NCBI GenBank assembly: GCA_951406725.2
Contig: OX597824.1
Span: 28,148,001-28,212,000, forward strand
Source of the DNA: Octopus vulgaris
Lineage: Eukaryota
DNA length: 64,000 nucleotides
Direction of reading: 5' to 3'
Position 1 is the stretch's first letter, and each line of letters starts with the position of its first letter. The notes below the pieces were generated by a model. The model saw nothing but the letters and a program-made list of their open reading frames with translations, did not search any database and was not told where the DNA came from. Positions 1-13,999 of the stretch are shown in pieces. A program made the position numbers and the translations under genes.

Positions 1-330
<330 letters not shown>

Positions 331-631
331 GAAATTTTCAAAATACAAAGACCTGGAAATAGAGGTACTAGAATGTGGAATCTAAAAACAGAAATAATTC
401 CTTAGGTATGATAAAAAAATATTCAGACAAATACATAACAAAAACACCAGGACATACAAACACATATAACATACAGAAAATTGCACTACTAGGCACTGCA
501 CACATCCTACGCAGAACACTTTCCATACAGTAACCATCAATGCATTACAACAAATAACAGCACATACCCAAGGCACAAAGAGCTGCGCTCGGTAGTGAAG
601 TGAAAGCACATTATAAAAATAAAACTACTGA
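331..631 (+). mobile_element. 3' end of an R4/Dong-like (RLE-endonuclease) non-LTR retrotransposon
   Basis: Hand translation across frameshifts gives KYKDLEIE..RMWNLKTEIIP..IQKIALLGTAHILRRTLSIQ* (stop 531-533), typical of the C-terminus of R4/Dong ORFs. A short 3' UTR follows, with AAT repeats on both sides. Confidence 0.8.
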
Positions 632-683
632 ATGATAATAATAATAATGACGGCGATAATTATCATCATGATGATGGTGGTGG

Positions 684-734
<51 letters not shown>

Positions 735-760
735 CGACGACGATGATGATGATGACGATG
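632..760. repeat. (AAT)/(GAT)n microsatellite
   Basis: Direct reading. Confidence 0.95.
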
Positions 761-1203
761 TACTACAGCAAATATTCTGCTCAATACCACATATTTATAT
801 GTGAGTTGTTTGACCTTAACCTATTGGGCATGTCCCTTAGTGGCGGATGATATGTGCAACTATGACCTCGAGCAGAAGCAGTTGGGGAACATCATAAGCA
901 TGTTTTGAAAGGAATTCTTTGGGGCTTGAATAACTCACCTCTGAAAATCAAATCGTATCAGGAGACCTTTTGAGTAGGATTGGATATTCGACCCAAAGAA
1001 AAATCCTAACTGGGCCCAACCTGCAATGTCATGCGCTGTCTATCTCGGTGTAGGATCACCAGGCCGCGTACATATGGTTGTGATGCATGTACCAGGTGTA
1101 ACCTTATCAGACGGGTAGTCATGATGGGTATACTGGGCTACGTATATTTTATACAAGTATGACTTTGAAGTCATGCACTGCTCTCTCACTCAATAACAAT
1201 AAC

Positions 1204-1235
<32 letters not shown>

Positions 1236-1315
1236 TGATGATGATGATAATAATGATGATGATAATAATAATAACAACAACAACAACAACAGCAACAACA
1301 ATAACAACAACAATA
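761..1315 (+). mobile_element. Probable short interspersed retroposon ending in an (AAT)/(AAC)n tail
   Basis: About 430 bp of higher-GC sequence between microsatellites, ending ...gcactgctctctcactc followed by AAT repeats. Family not assigned. Confidence 0.35.
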
Positions 1316-1895
1316 AAAACTGTGCATGGAAGCGTTTACGATATTCCCATATATATTTCTCTCGAATCTCCATTGTATACTTGTCATCGAAGTTTTCCCA
1401 TCTACAATACGTGTCTAAGTAATAACACTACATTATTCAAAAACATATAAGTGGATGGAAATTAACAAATAAATATTGTATTCGCTCAATTTTATCAATT
1501 CTTTTTTTTTCCCAATCCACAAACTTATGTTGATACGAAATGGGATTCAGCGAAGGTTTTCAAATATAAATGGTATATTTTATCACACATTTCTTATATT
1601 TGGCTTCCTTATTTCTTATTTCATTTTTTATTTTATTTCATTTCGATTTTTTTCTCCTGTAAATTCAGTTTTTCGTTATATACGTTTATATGCACCTACA
1701 TATGTGTATTTACCGTTATGAATGTATTTATATTTTTCACATGCATACTCAGATATGCTAACACGTGTTTATATATGTATGTATCAATCTATCTATCTGT
1801 CTATCTACCTATATAAATATATATATTTATATATATATATATGTGTGTATATATATATATGTATATATATGTATATCTATATGTATGTAATTATG

Positions 1896-1966
<71 letters not shown>

Positions 1967-2252
1967 GTGGAGGCACAATGCCCCAGTGGTTAGGGCAGCG
2001 GACTCGCGGTCGTAGGAAAGCGGTTTCGATTCCCAGACCGGGCGTTGTGAGTGTTTATTGAGTGTAAACACGAGGCTCCGGCAGTGAGTTGTGGAGATCC
2101 CTGCTGTACTCTTTCGCCACAACTTTCTCTCACTCTTTCTTCTGTTGACCTGCTCATTTATCCAGCGGGGTGGCTAAAACAATGCGCTTTGCATTGTGAC
2201 CAGCGATGTGTAGCAATATCTGATAGCCTGGTCGGTCACGGTGATCACGGTC
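1967..2252 (+). mobile_element. tRNA-derived SINE, family A (tail variant 1)
   Basis: Head gtggaggcacaatg..agtggttagggcagcggactcgcggtcg..gtttcgattccc has A/B-box-like motifs and is shared with 8451, 32668, 37334 and 52394. Confidence 0.85.
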
Positions 2253-2693
2253 GTATGTATGTATACATATATACATATAGGGAATACCAAGAAGTATGCT
2301 TGTGTCTATATATGTATAGACACGCACACACATGCATATATCTATATGCTTATTTCTAAATATGGATATATGCATAAATAATAGACATTAATCTAATGAT
2401 TTTATTTAGCGGTCAGCGAGAACATTTTAAAAAATTTATAATTATAAAAGTATTGTATTAAGAATGCAGATTAACCCTCCAACAAGCTAGAAATAGACAC
2501 CAAACGGCTCTAAAAACACTTCAATATTGCGGTAGCACTGGTTGTAAGCAGCCAGATGAAAAATCTTTATTCATCTGCCCTCTGGCAAGCTGTGCTGGTT
2601 GAGTATTGTAGTGGGTTTAAAGCCATCGGGGTTTTATTTCAAGAGTGTTAGAGAGGTTAATCAGCACCTTCTAATATAATTATTTTATATAAG

Positions 2694-2739
<46 letters not shown>

Positions 2740-3056
2740 TATATATACATACATATTTTTAATTATTGACGCACACGCTAGAAAACAAATGGTTAATTTA
2801 ATTCACTCTTTTCTTGGATCTGTGAATACTCATATATCAAAGATTACACTATGGAATGTTTACCCACAATGAATGGATTTTATAATTTTATTATGGATAA
2901 GAATCGAAACAACTGTGCGTAATTTGTATTTAGTATTTACTATTTAATACATTTATATTATCATAAGCATATAACATGTCATAATATGATACCATGCTGA
3001 TAAACTATCATTTTTTGTTTCAGAATATTGTATATTTATATCTCCATTTTCCATTC

Positions 3057-3128
<72 letters not shown>

Positions 3129-3131
<3 letters not shown>

Positions 3132-3508
3132 CGCGAGCGTGGCTGTGTGCTAAGAAGCTTGTTTCCCAACCACAGGATTTTGGGTTCAAATCCCCTTCGT
3201 GGCGGCTTGGGCATGTGTCTTCTACTATAGCCTTGGGCCCATCAAACACTTGTGAGTGGATTTGGTAGACGGAAACTGAAAGAAGCACGTTGTGTATATA
3301 TATATATATATATATATGTTTGTGTGTCTATGTTGGTCCCCCCACCATCGCTTTAGAACCGATATTGGTTTGTTTGCTATGCCGTACTATAGCGGTTCGG
3401 CAAAGAACCGATAGAATATATACTAGGCTTACAAAGAACGAGTCCTACGATCGATTCCTTCGACTAAAGGCGATGCTCCAGCAAGTCCGACTTCAAACGA
3501 CCGTAAAG
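3129..3508 (+). mobile_element. tRNA-derived SINE, family B (internal TA/TG microsatellite)
   Basis: Aligns by eye along its length to the copy at 55832-56236. Confidence 0.85.
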
Positions 3509-3800
3509 TTATATCTATATATATATATATATATAATATATTATTTTTAAAATTATGAGTATAATTATAATTAGGATTCAGCAAACAAATTTGCTTCACC
3601 ACATACCGAACTTTGAAATAGCATCCAAAAAACGTAACTATTTCTTCTACTATAAGAAGAAAATTCTCAGAAAACATAATAATTATACTGATAATTATAA
3701 AAATTATAGTTTTAGTTTACCGAAAATGGTCCTTTTAACATGCCGAATACTACTTGGTGGAATTATTAATTATTAATTAACTTACCCCTTATTATTATTG

Positions 3801-3849
<49 letters not shown>

Positions 3850-3866
3850 GCATATATGAATTACAT

Positions 3867-3910
<44 letters not shown>

Positions 3911-3912
3911 GC

Positions 3913-3953
<41 letters not shown>

Positions 3954-4541
3954 TATATATATATATATATATTTATATATTTATATATATATATGCATAT
4001 ATACAGACATTACACTTACAGTCAAAGATATAGATGGATAATGAGGCGTTAAGAAGAGAGAAGCAAAGGTGTAGATATTTATGTGCAATGGTTGAAACGT
4101 ACGTATATGAACGTATTTCTCTACTACATATAATATGTATGCATTTACATGAACTATAGTGGTTTATGGTAGCAATATGTTAACATAAAACAGATTTGAA
4201 GCACGTAACCATCTGCACTCTACATAGAAATGCTATTTATTTTCGTTCTCTTGTGTAATAAATATCCTAGATTACAGACAGACATATGTATGTATTTACT
4301 TATAAGTAAATGATCGTAGACATTAGCTATTCTGTAATGTATGACAGTTACACAGACTTATGGAAGCATTAAGAATTCACGATATATTATGTATACAATA
4401 AAGCGTACATGCGGAAAAACAACGATAGACACATGCTCGTATATGCAATAATGTACACGAATGTGAATGGGTGTGAAAGTATCATGTATATATAGCTGCA
4501 AGAGCATGCATATATATATATATATGTATGTATGTATGTAG

Positions 4542-4656
<115 letters not shown>

Positions 4657-4712
4657 TAGATATAGATAGATATAGATAGATAGATAAATAGATACATACA
4701 TACATATGCGTT

Positions 4713-4760
<48 letters not shown>

Positions 4761-4804
4761 TGTATGTATATATATTTATATATTTATGTATATATGCATG
4801 TACG

Positions 4805-4843
<39 letters not shown>

Positions 4844-4888
4844 CATACATAGAAATAGGTAGATAGATATAGATAGATAGATAGATAT

Positions 4889-4991
<103 letters not shown>

Positions 4992-5138
4992 GATAATATT
5001 CTAGGTAGGTAACATTGAACCACTTTCGTATAATCTAAGTTGTGGCTCACCTGATTGAATAATAAAAGATGACCTTCCATTATTTAAAGTAAACAATCTC
5101 ACTATTTCTCACACGTTGAGTAAATTCTTTGGATAATA

Positions 5139-6038
5139 CTTGGTCTGATTATATAAGTATTAGGACTGCTGTCACTGTAGCGATACAGCATGCAGTATAG
5201 AGCTAGTTGCCACAGATTGACCTGTAACATCGGTGTGCGTGCGCTTAAGTTTTAATATTCTAGCTCACTTACTCTATTTACAACAGTGCTTAGAACTAAC
5301 GTGTCTAGCGTGTTTCTTCGTATTGACCATGGCAGAGAAAGTTAAGCAGGGAACCTGCATCAAAGTTCTCCAAAAAGCTTGTCAATAGCTGCTGAAAGGC
5401 GGCGAGCTGGCAGAATCGTTAGCACGCCGGGCGAAATGCTTTGCGGTATTTCATCGCTTTTGACACAATCATGGGTATCTTGTGCAACTGAAACCCGAGT
5501 GTCATTTTGGTCCGCTGAAAGCAGTTTTGGTACACACTTGGCAAACCTTCAGTGATAATGGACTGAACTGAACCGTAACTAATCTGCACATACTCTAATA
5601 ACTCGCGGATAGTGATTTGACGATTTCGCATCACAGCTGCACGCACATTTATGATATTTTTTTCTCGGTTCTGCATGTTGCAGGTTTTCCTGAATGTTCG
5701 TCACTATCGGCATATTGGCCCATCTTGGAAACATCTGAGCCACTCGTACACGTATGTATGTCTCATACACTCCCCTCCATGCACTTTCTACTATTTTGCG
5801 TTGGCCTGTCAGCAGATGTCGTCTTGACAACTTTCTCTGACGTGGTCAATGCAACGATCGCAAGTTACGCGCGTTTATTCGATGCACTTCTGTGAACAGT
5901 GGAACTGAACTACAACGTTAAAAACTTAGTGCACACGCACAGCAGAAATCACGGTTAATCTCTGCCGAGCGGATCTACACTGAGTGATTTAGCTTTGTTA
6001 CTATGGCGACAATCCAGATACTTATTGATCAGTCCTCG
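5139..6038. mobile_element. Rearranged mariner derivative with two inverted 5' ends
   Basis: TA at 5137-38 and 6039-40, with TIR-like ends. The plus strand encodes MAEKVKQGTCIK from 5329. Minus-strand ORF 5419-5676 (ITIRELLEYVQISYGSVQSII) matches the mariner HTH region. A family C SINE head sits at ~5398-5455. Confidence 0.8.
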
Positions 6039-6067
6039 TATACAGCTGAGTGTATGTCCGCGTATAT

Positions 6068-6330
6068 ACTCTTTTACTCTTTTACATGTTTCAGTCATTT
6101 GACTGCGGCCATGCTGGAGCTCTGCCTTTAGTCGAAGGAATCGACCCCATGTCTTATTATTTGTAAGCGTCGTACTTATTCTATCGGCCTGTTTTGCCGA
6201 ACCGCTAAGTTACGCGGACGTAAACACACCAGCATCGGTTGTCAAGCGATATGAGGGTGGGTGGACAAACACAGACACACAAACACACACATACACACAC
6301 ACACACACATACACACACACACACACACAC
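6068..6330 (-). mobile_element. SINE family B, 3' half
   Basis: tgtttcagtcatttgactgcggccatgctggagc... is the reverse complement of the family B 3' end. Confidence 0.85.
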
Positions 6331-6653
6331 ATACAAATTACATACAAATTTCACATTTGATATTACTGAAGGGAAGAAGAGTTATTTATAAAAGCTTATC
6401 AATACAGGATTCCATTATTCTATATTATCTAAGTATATGAACTATATTTAGAATACAAGAAAATATGACGGATTTTACATATGAATATTATGGATTATTA
6501 CAGAAGACTAACCAAGGAAGTATATATAGATTTAAAGACTCTCATCAAAAGCAGTAATTTTAAATTTATATTTCAAACAAACTCTATTTTATAGTATTAC
6601 TTCAAATTTTTAAAAGAAACTACCATTCGATATGTTATACAAATTCAAATTTT

Positions 6654-6745
6654 ATATCTCTGAAGAGCAGAAGAGTTGTCTAAAAATGCTTTTCAATATA
6701 GGATTTCATTATAGTGACAGCACTTCTGTGAAACGATCGTAAGTT
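6654..6745 (+). ncRNA. Minimal type I hammerhead ribozyme motif
   Basis: CTGAAGA (6660-66), stem II GCAGAAG/CTTCTGT, GAAAC (6730-34), palindromic stem III ACGATCGT, GTA cleavage triplet. Stem I is weak. Confidence 0.65.
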
Positions 6746-6962
6746 GCTTTAAATACTTAATTCAAAACTTTTAAACAGTCATATGCATTATATATTTATA
6801 CTTACACATATTTACATATATTTTTAGACATATTTATATTTTTAATACAACAGTTATTTTACACATATATATCTTTCTGAAGAATTTTCTAATATTGTTT
6901 TCCTGATATCAATAATAATATTTTACTAAAAAAAATTTATATATATATATATATATATATAT

Positions 6963-7034
<72 letters not shown>

Positions 7035-7079
7035 TATGTATGTATGTATGTATGAATATATACATACACACACATATAT

Positions 7080-7216
7080 ACGAGGAGTTTCTTTCAGTTT
7101 CTGCCTACAAAATCTACTCAGAAATCTTGGGTCCACCTAAGGGTGTAGTAGATGACATATGCCCAGGCTGTCATGCATTGGGGCCGTATCTAGAACTGTG
7201 TAGTTCGGAAGCAACT
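7080..7216 (-). mobile_element. SINE family B, degenerate 5' half
   Basis: tttctttcagtttctgcctacaaaatctactca resembles the family B body. Confidence 0.65.
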
Positions 7217-7320
7217 TTGATACCAGATAAATAGATAGCTAGCTTGTTAGCTAGCTATATATGTGTGTGTGTGTGAAGTATATTTGTCACCTCGTTCAGA
7301 GATTTATTATTGCTATATGT

Positions 7321-7368
<48 letters not shown>

Positions 7369-7386
7369 TAAATATAAATATATATA

Positions 7387-7680
<294 letters not shown>

Positions 7681-8015
7681 AGATAGATACACATATCTAC
7701 ACATATACATTTGTGCATGTGTGTATGTGTTTATACATAGAGAGAGAGGATGAGAGAGAAAGAGGATGGAGCGAGTTAGAGAGGGTAGGAAGGAGGTAGG
7801 GAGGGAGGAAGGGACATATAGAGTTGGACATATTTTTATATGTCAACTAACAAAACCTAGCTTCTAATCGTTTCAGGTCAATGCATAAATTCTCTATTTC
7901 AGCTTGGCACTTAATATATCGATAGATTTTACTGGGCTGCCGGTTACTGAGAAGGAAAAAGAACACCGTCACCGGTTGTCAAGCAGTGGTGGACGACACA
8001 CAGAAACATAAAGAG

Positions 8016-8071
<56 letters not shown>

Positions 8072-8450
8072 ACGCACGCACTCACACACTCAGGCACACA
8101 CTCAGAAGCAAACACACGCACACATTATAAATGTTTTTACCAAAATATTTTCCGAGTAAAAAAATAAATGACGCCAGTGTGAGAATATATTTGTATAATT
8201 CTATTAAAATCCGCAGTGCCGAAAGCAGTTGGTACAAAAATATGATTTAATTGAAATTTCCATCTTAGTTAGACTAAAAAATAACGAAATTAAAAATAAA
8301 TAGTTGAACCTAAAAGCAATTAGTTGAGTAATTTTGTTTTAGGGTCGTTGACAACTATCAGTGTTTGCTTTCTTTAGTCAACTAACAAAGAAGTATCAAA
8401 CTCTAAACGAATATCGGATATCGCACTCACATATACACACATATATATGT

Positions 8451-8833
8451 GTGGAGGCGCAATGGCCCAGTGGTTAAAGCAGAGGACTCGTGGTCATAGG
8501 ATCGCGGTTTCGATTCCCAGACCAGGCGTTGTGAGTGTTTATTGAGCGAAAACACCTGAAGCTCCACGAGGCTCCGGCAGGGATGGTGGTGATCCCTGCT
8601 GTACTCTTTCATCACAACTTTCTCTCACTCTTACTTCCTGTTTCTGTTGTACCTGTATTTCAAGGGACCGGCCATGTCACTCTCTGTGTCACGCTGAATA
8701 TCCCCGAGAACTGCGTTAAGGGTGCACGTGTCTGTGGAGTGCTCAGCCACTTACACATTAATTTCACGAGCAGGCTGTTCCGTTGATCGGATCAACCGGA
8801 ACCCTCGTCGTCGTAACCGACGGAGTGCTTCCA
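8451..8833 (+). mobile_element. SINE family A, full length (tail variant 2)
   Basis: Nearly identical to 32668-33061. Confidence 0.92.
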
Positions 8834-9101
8834 ATATATATATGTATGTACAAATTTGTTAAAAATGGAGACGAGAAGTTGTTAAAATTTTACAGAATTA
8901 TTAGTTAAATTATTAAAAGTCTTTCCAATTTTAACATTTCTTTTCTCTTTTTAACAAATTTGTTGAATTTTATGGGATACCTTTCCATAAATTGACATAC
9001 CACACCATATACAACTATTATTTGTGTGCGTGTGTATCTCAAAATTAGCAACAAGGATATCCAGACGTAATGCAGTACGATAATTTCACGCAAGCACAAA
9101 G

Positions 9102-9271
<170 letters not shown>

Positions 9272-9394
9272 ATCAAAATAAAAACATGATGCCAAGGATT
9301 CAGCGGTACATATGTTTCGGGCCTTTATTAGACAGATTCCTCCACCACCAAACGGTATACACAGGTGCTTATAATTATCAAGTACTCACCCCGA

Positions 9395-9442
<48 letters not shown>

Positions 9443-9520
9443 GTATCCATATATATATGTATATATATTTACTTTACAAGTGTGATCATTTCATGTATGT
9501 TCTATATATTCTTGCTGTTT

Positions 9521-9552
<32 letters not shown>

Positions 9553-9704
9553 GAAAAATACAAACTGGGACAAGAACGCAAAAAAACCCCAGAAGACGGC
9601 ACAAAAAACACGGACGGGACACTCAAAGCCCCCAATCTTCAGTCAAGAACTGGATCATCCTAGCAATGTCGGCTGATTAATCTTGAGATCGCTCCGATCC
9701 GGCC

Positions 9705-9831
<127 letters not shown>

Positions 9832-9844
9832 TTATCTATCTATA

Positions 9845-10165
9845 TGGTCACATGGTTTAGCGGTTAGGTTATTCGGTTCACGATCATAGGATTGTTAGTT
9901 CAATTTCCGGTGACGTGTTGTGTCCTTTAGCAAGACACTTTATTTCATTTTGTTTCAGTCCACTCACCTTGCAGAAATGACTGGTACCCGTATTTCAAAC
10001 GGCCAGTCAGCCTTGTCACACACTGTGTCACGATTAATCTCCCTGAGAACTGCGATAAGGGCGCACATGTCTGTGGATGGCTCAGCCACCCGCACGTTAA
10101 TTTCACGAGCAAGCTGCTCCATGAATGGTATCACCTGGAACACTCATCTTCGTAACCGACGAAAT
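9845..10165 (+). mobile_element. Older tRNA-SINE with a CORE-like body and a family A tail-2-like 3' end
   Basis: Contains gttgtgtcctttagcaagacactttatttc (also seen at ~44466). Its 3' part resembles 8660-8825. Confidence 0.7.
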
Positions 10166-10199
10166 ACTCCTCTCTCTCTCTCTCTATATATATATATAT

Positions 10200-10400
10200 G
10201 GGGAGAGTTCATGAAAAAGAAACAAAAGACGAAGACAGGTGGTGTACAAAACAAACAGATGTAATAGTATAACGCTTAGGAATGGAAAAAGTCTTTTACC
10301 TTTCGACCCTACGCTCTTCTACAAGAAGAGAACACAGAAAAAAAAGCAAGGAGAGAAAATAAGGGGAGAAAAATATGTGTGTAGTGGCTAACGATATGGA
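10200..10400 (-). mobile_element. Short Penelope-like/HHR-bearing repeat (family P1)
   Basis: The minus strand reads gtagaagagcgtagggtcgaaaggtaaaagac and is homologous to 19210-19418. Confidence 0.6.
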
Positions 10401-10453
10401 CAGTAACAAAGACAAATAGTAAAACACATTTATGTATGTCTATATATGTATGC

Positions 10454-10495
<42 letters not shown>

Positions 10496-10785
10496 GCATA
10501 TATATATATACATATGTATCTATTTCTATATATATATATATATGCGTGTATATATATATATATATATACATGTATATGAATATATAAGAGCCGTGGTCCT
10601 TTGAAACCCAATCTGTTTCAGTATCTGGACCTGTATTTTGCTGGTGATATATATATATATATAATATATATATGTATATTATATAATATATAATATATAT
10701 ATGTATATTATATAATATATAATATATATATGTATATTATATATATAATATATATATGTATATATATAATATATATGAATATATA

Positions 10786-10848
<63 letters not shown>

Positions 10849-11155
10849 TATATATTTATATATATTATATACATACATATATATATTATATATATAATAT
10901 ATATATATATTATATATTATATAATATACATATATATATTATATATTATATAATATACATATATATATTATATATTATATAATATATATATATATATTAT
11001 ATTATATAATATACATATATATATTATATATTATATAATATACATATATATATATTATATTATATAATATATATATATATATTTTATATTATATAATATA
11101 TATATATATTATATATTATATAATATACATATATATATTATATATATATATATAT

Positions 11156-11475
11156 CACCATCAAAATACAGGTCCAGATACTGCAACATATTGGGTTTCA
11201 AAGGACCACAGCTCTTTAACATCCTCCCTAAATGCCTGAGAGACTTGCATAGTGTGGATGTGGGTTTCTTTCAAACTAAACAGATCTCTTCTTGTCGGGG
11301 GTCCCAGATGAACCTACCTCACGACAGGAGAAACAGATGCGGGCAGCGGCATCGAAATCCCTTGTTGATCAAGTGCCACGTATCAGAGGTGGATTCACAT
11401 GTTAGTGTAGCTCATTCAGCGGTAGTGCCCCAGCATGGCCGCGGCCTTCGGGCTAAAACATTTTTAAGGATTTAT
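11156..11475 (+). mobile_element. 3' end of a CR1/Jockey-group LINE
   Basis: Translates to GFKGPQLFNILPKCLRDLHSVDVGFF, then after a frameshift DLFLSGVPDEP. This matches the common LINE ORF2 C-terminus pattern FN.LP..LR..FK..LD.FL..VPDEP. Confidence 0.75.
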
Positions 11476-11476
11476 A

Positions 11477-11479
<3 letters not shown>

Positions 11480-11557
<78 letters not shown>

Positions 11558-11591
11558 TTATATATATATTTATGTATATATATTATATATA

Positions 11592-11647
<56 letters not shown>

Positions 11648-12126
11648 GTATATATGTGTATTTATATCGGCTTTCCTACTTTACATATGTATGTGTGATT
11701 GCGTAGTTATGACATTAAACTTCATCCAGGAGTGTAGTCCCGGTACGAGAGTTACAGATTCAATATAACTCTTAACTACAACACTTCTCAGAATACCCCA
11801 TCTATGGATTAACTAGCAGGAGAATCAGCATGAGTGAACTCTCTACCTAACCTTAGGTAAGATAATCTCAGCTGACATATCTGTAGTGGAGTTGTTTTCT
11901 GTGGATCATAGCAACCATTTTCTCGATTTTTATAGTGGATTCAATACTATGATGCATGCTCTCACCTAAGACATCTTCAGGTGTAGTAAAATCTGGTAAT
12001 TTCAGTGCTTTTGCCCGTTTTTACTGCCTTTACGAAGCGGGCATACTCGGACACGAGTTGTCTTCTACCAACCGTACATAGATACAAACACAAGCACTCT
12101 CATACATATGTGCGCATCTATACATA

Positions 12127-12176
<50 letters not shown>

Positions 12177-12234
12177 TAATATATATATATATTTATGTAT
12201 ATATATTTATATATATATTTTTATATATATATAT

Positions 12235-12309
<75 letters not shown>

Positions 12310-12790
12310 GTATATATGTGTATTTATATCGGCTTTCCTACTTTACATATGTATGTGTGATTGCGTAGTTATGACATTAAACTTCATCCAGGAGTGTAGT
12401 CCCGGTACGAGAGTTACAGATTCAATATAACTCTTAACTACAACACTTCTCAGAATACCCCATCTATGGATTAACTAGCAGGAGAATCAGCATGAGTGAA
12501 CTCTCTACCTAACCTTAGGTAAGATAATCTCAGCTGACATATCTGTAGTGGAGTTGTTTTCTGTGGATCATAGCAACCATTTTCTCGATTTTTATAGTGG
12601 ATTCAATACTATGATGCATGCTCTCACCTAAGACATCTTCAGGTGTAGTAAAATCTGGTAATTTCAGTGCTTTTGCCCGTTTTTACTGCCTTTACGAAGC
12701 GGGCATACTCGGACACGAGTTGTCTTCTACCAACCGTACATAGATACAAACACACGCACTCTCATACATATGTGCGCATCTATACATACA

Positions 12791-12835
<45 letters not shown>
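11480..12835. repeat. Near-identical tandem duplication, period ~662 bp
   Basis: 11641-12130 matches 12303-12792 with about one substitution seen (cacaagcact vs cacacgcact). The flanking TA arrays are similar. Confidence 0.95.
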
Positions 12836-12837
<2 letters not shown>

Positions 12838-12845
12838 CTAAGGAG

Positions 12846-12923
12846 TCTCGCTGATGAAATCGGCCTTAGCAAACATATTCTTTCTGTTTTGCTAGAAAGA
12901 GGTAGAAACTGATCAGTCCGGGA
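12846..12923 (+). ncRNA. Type I hammerhead ribozyme motif in a family P2 repeat (12837-13115)
   Basis: Stem I tctcg/cggga, CTGATGA 12851-57, long stem II with tagcaaa/tttgcta, GAAAC 12905-09, palindromic stem III ACTGATCAGT, GTC cleavage triplet. Confidence 0.75.
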
Positions 12924-13113
12924 TATATCGTTAATGGTAAATGTTTTTGATTTTCACTCTCGATGAATTTATCCCTTTTTTGTGTCCCTAGCACTTGGCA
13001 TCCTTATTTAGGAGCCCTTAATTATATTTCTATATGAATAATATTTTGTCTAATGACTAATTCGTCTTTTGTGCTGGGCCACTGGTAGTAATCTATGTTA
13101 TTACCCTTTTTTG

Positions 13114-13154
<41 letters not shown>

Positions 13155-13425
13155 AATAATAAGGGTAAAAAATTGAATACTAATTTGATTAACATCAATT
13201 TAAACCAGTGGCCTAGCATATTGAAGATATCTGAAGATTCAGAAAAATTATACTACATACATATAAGAGGTATGACCTATAGTGGACATCCGATATGCTA
13301 GAAGTACACTCCATATGTTCTGACCAAGAAGAAAAGATTGTTCTCAACAAAATTCAGCTACTTCTAGCATATGTCCACTTAGTGGTCATCCATCATATAT
13401 GGATGTATATATATATTTATATATA

Positions 13426-13528
<103 letters not shown>

Positions 13529-13927
13529 CGGATAGATATATATAGATACATATACTTAACTGTAAGAAGGGATAGAACCTGCATTAAATAAAGAGTTGTC
13601 AAGTTCATTCAACATTTGTTTCAATGCCTGGAAATACTTGTAGATATATTTAGTTAGATATATCTGAAATGCCGCTGGGACCAGGTGTATAAATTACACA
13701 CACACACACAGACAGACACCCCCCCACTCATACACACACACATATGGTAAGTCGATCAATGCATCTTCATTTTACCAAGCCTACGTGCAAATCTCTGTGA
13801 ATGTATGCGCGCGTGTGTGTATGCATATATATATGTTGAATTCATTTGATGAATTTGAAAAATTATAACATATAATAATGAGACACGTGTTATTTGTCTC
13901 TAAATTATATGTTAATGTTATGGCGCG

Positions 13928-13999
13928 GTTACTGATGAGAATTTTGCCCCGCAAATAACTTTAGTTGTTAAATAAATTCGAAATCACAAAAAAAGTAAC
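13928..13999 (+). ncRNA. Degenerate hammerhead ribozyme motif
   Basis: gtta-CTGATGA-gaattt...aaattc-GAAAT...taac. Stem II is perfect, but stem III and the cleavage site have decayed. Confidence 0.45.

Noticed and set aside
8451-8525. tRNA-like sequences at SINE heads
   Set aside because: They continue into SINE bodies and lack a proper acceptor stem, so they were not called as tRNA genes.
11860-11990. Minus-strand CTGAAGA..GAAA in the duplicated unit
   Set aside because: Stems I and III cannot be formed convincingly.
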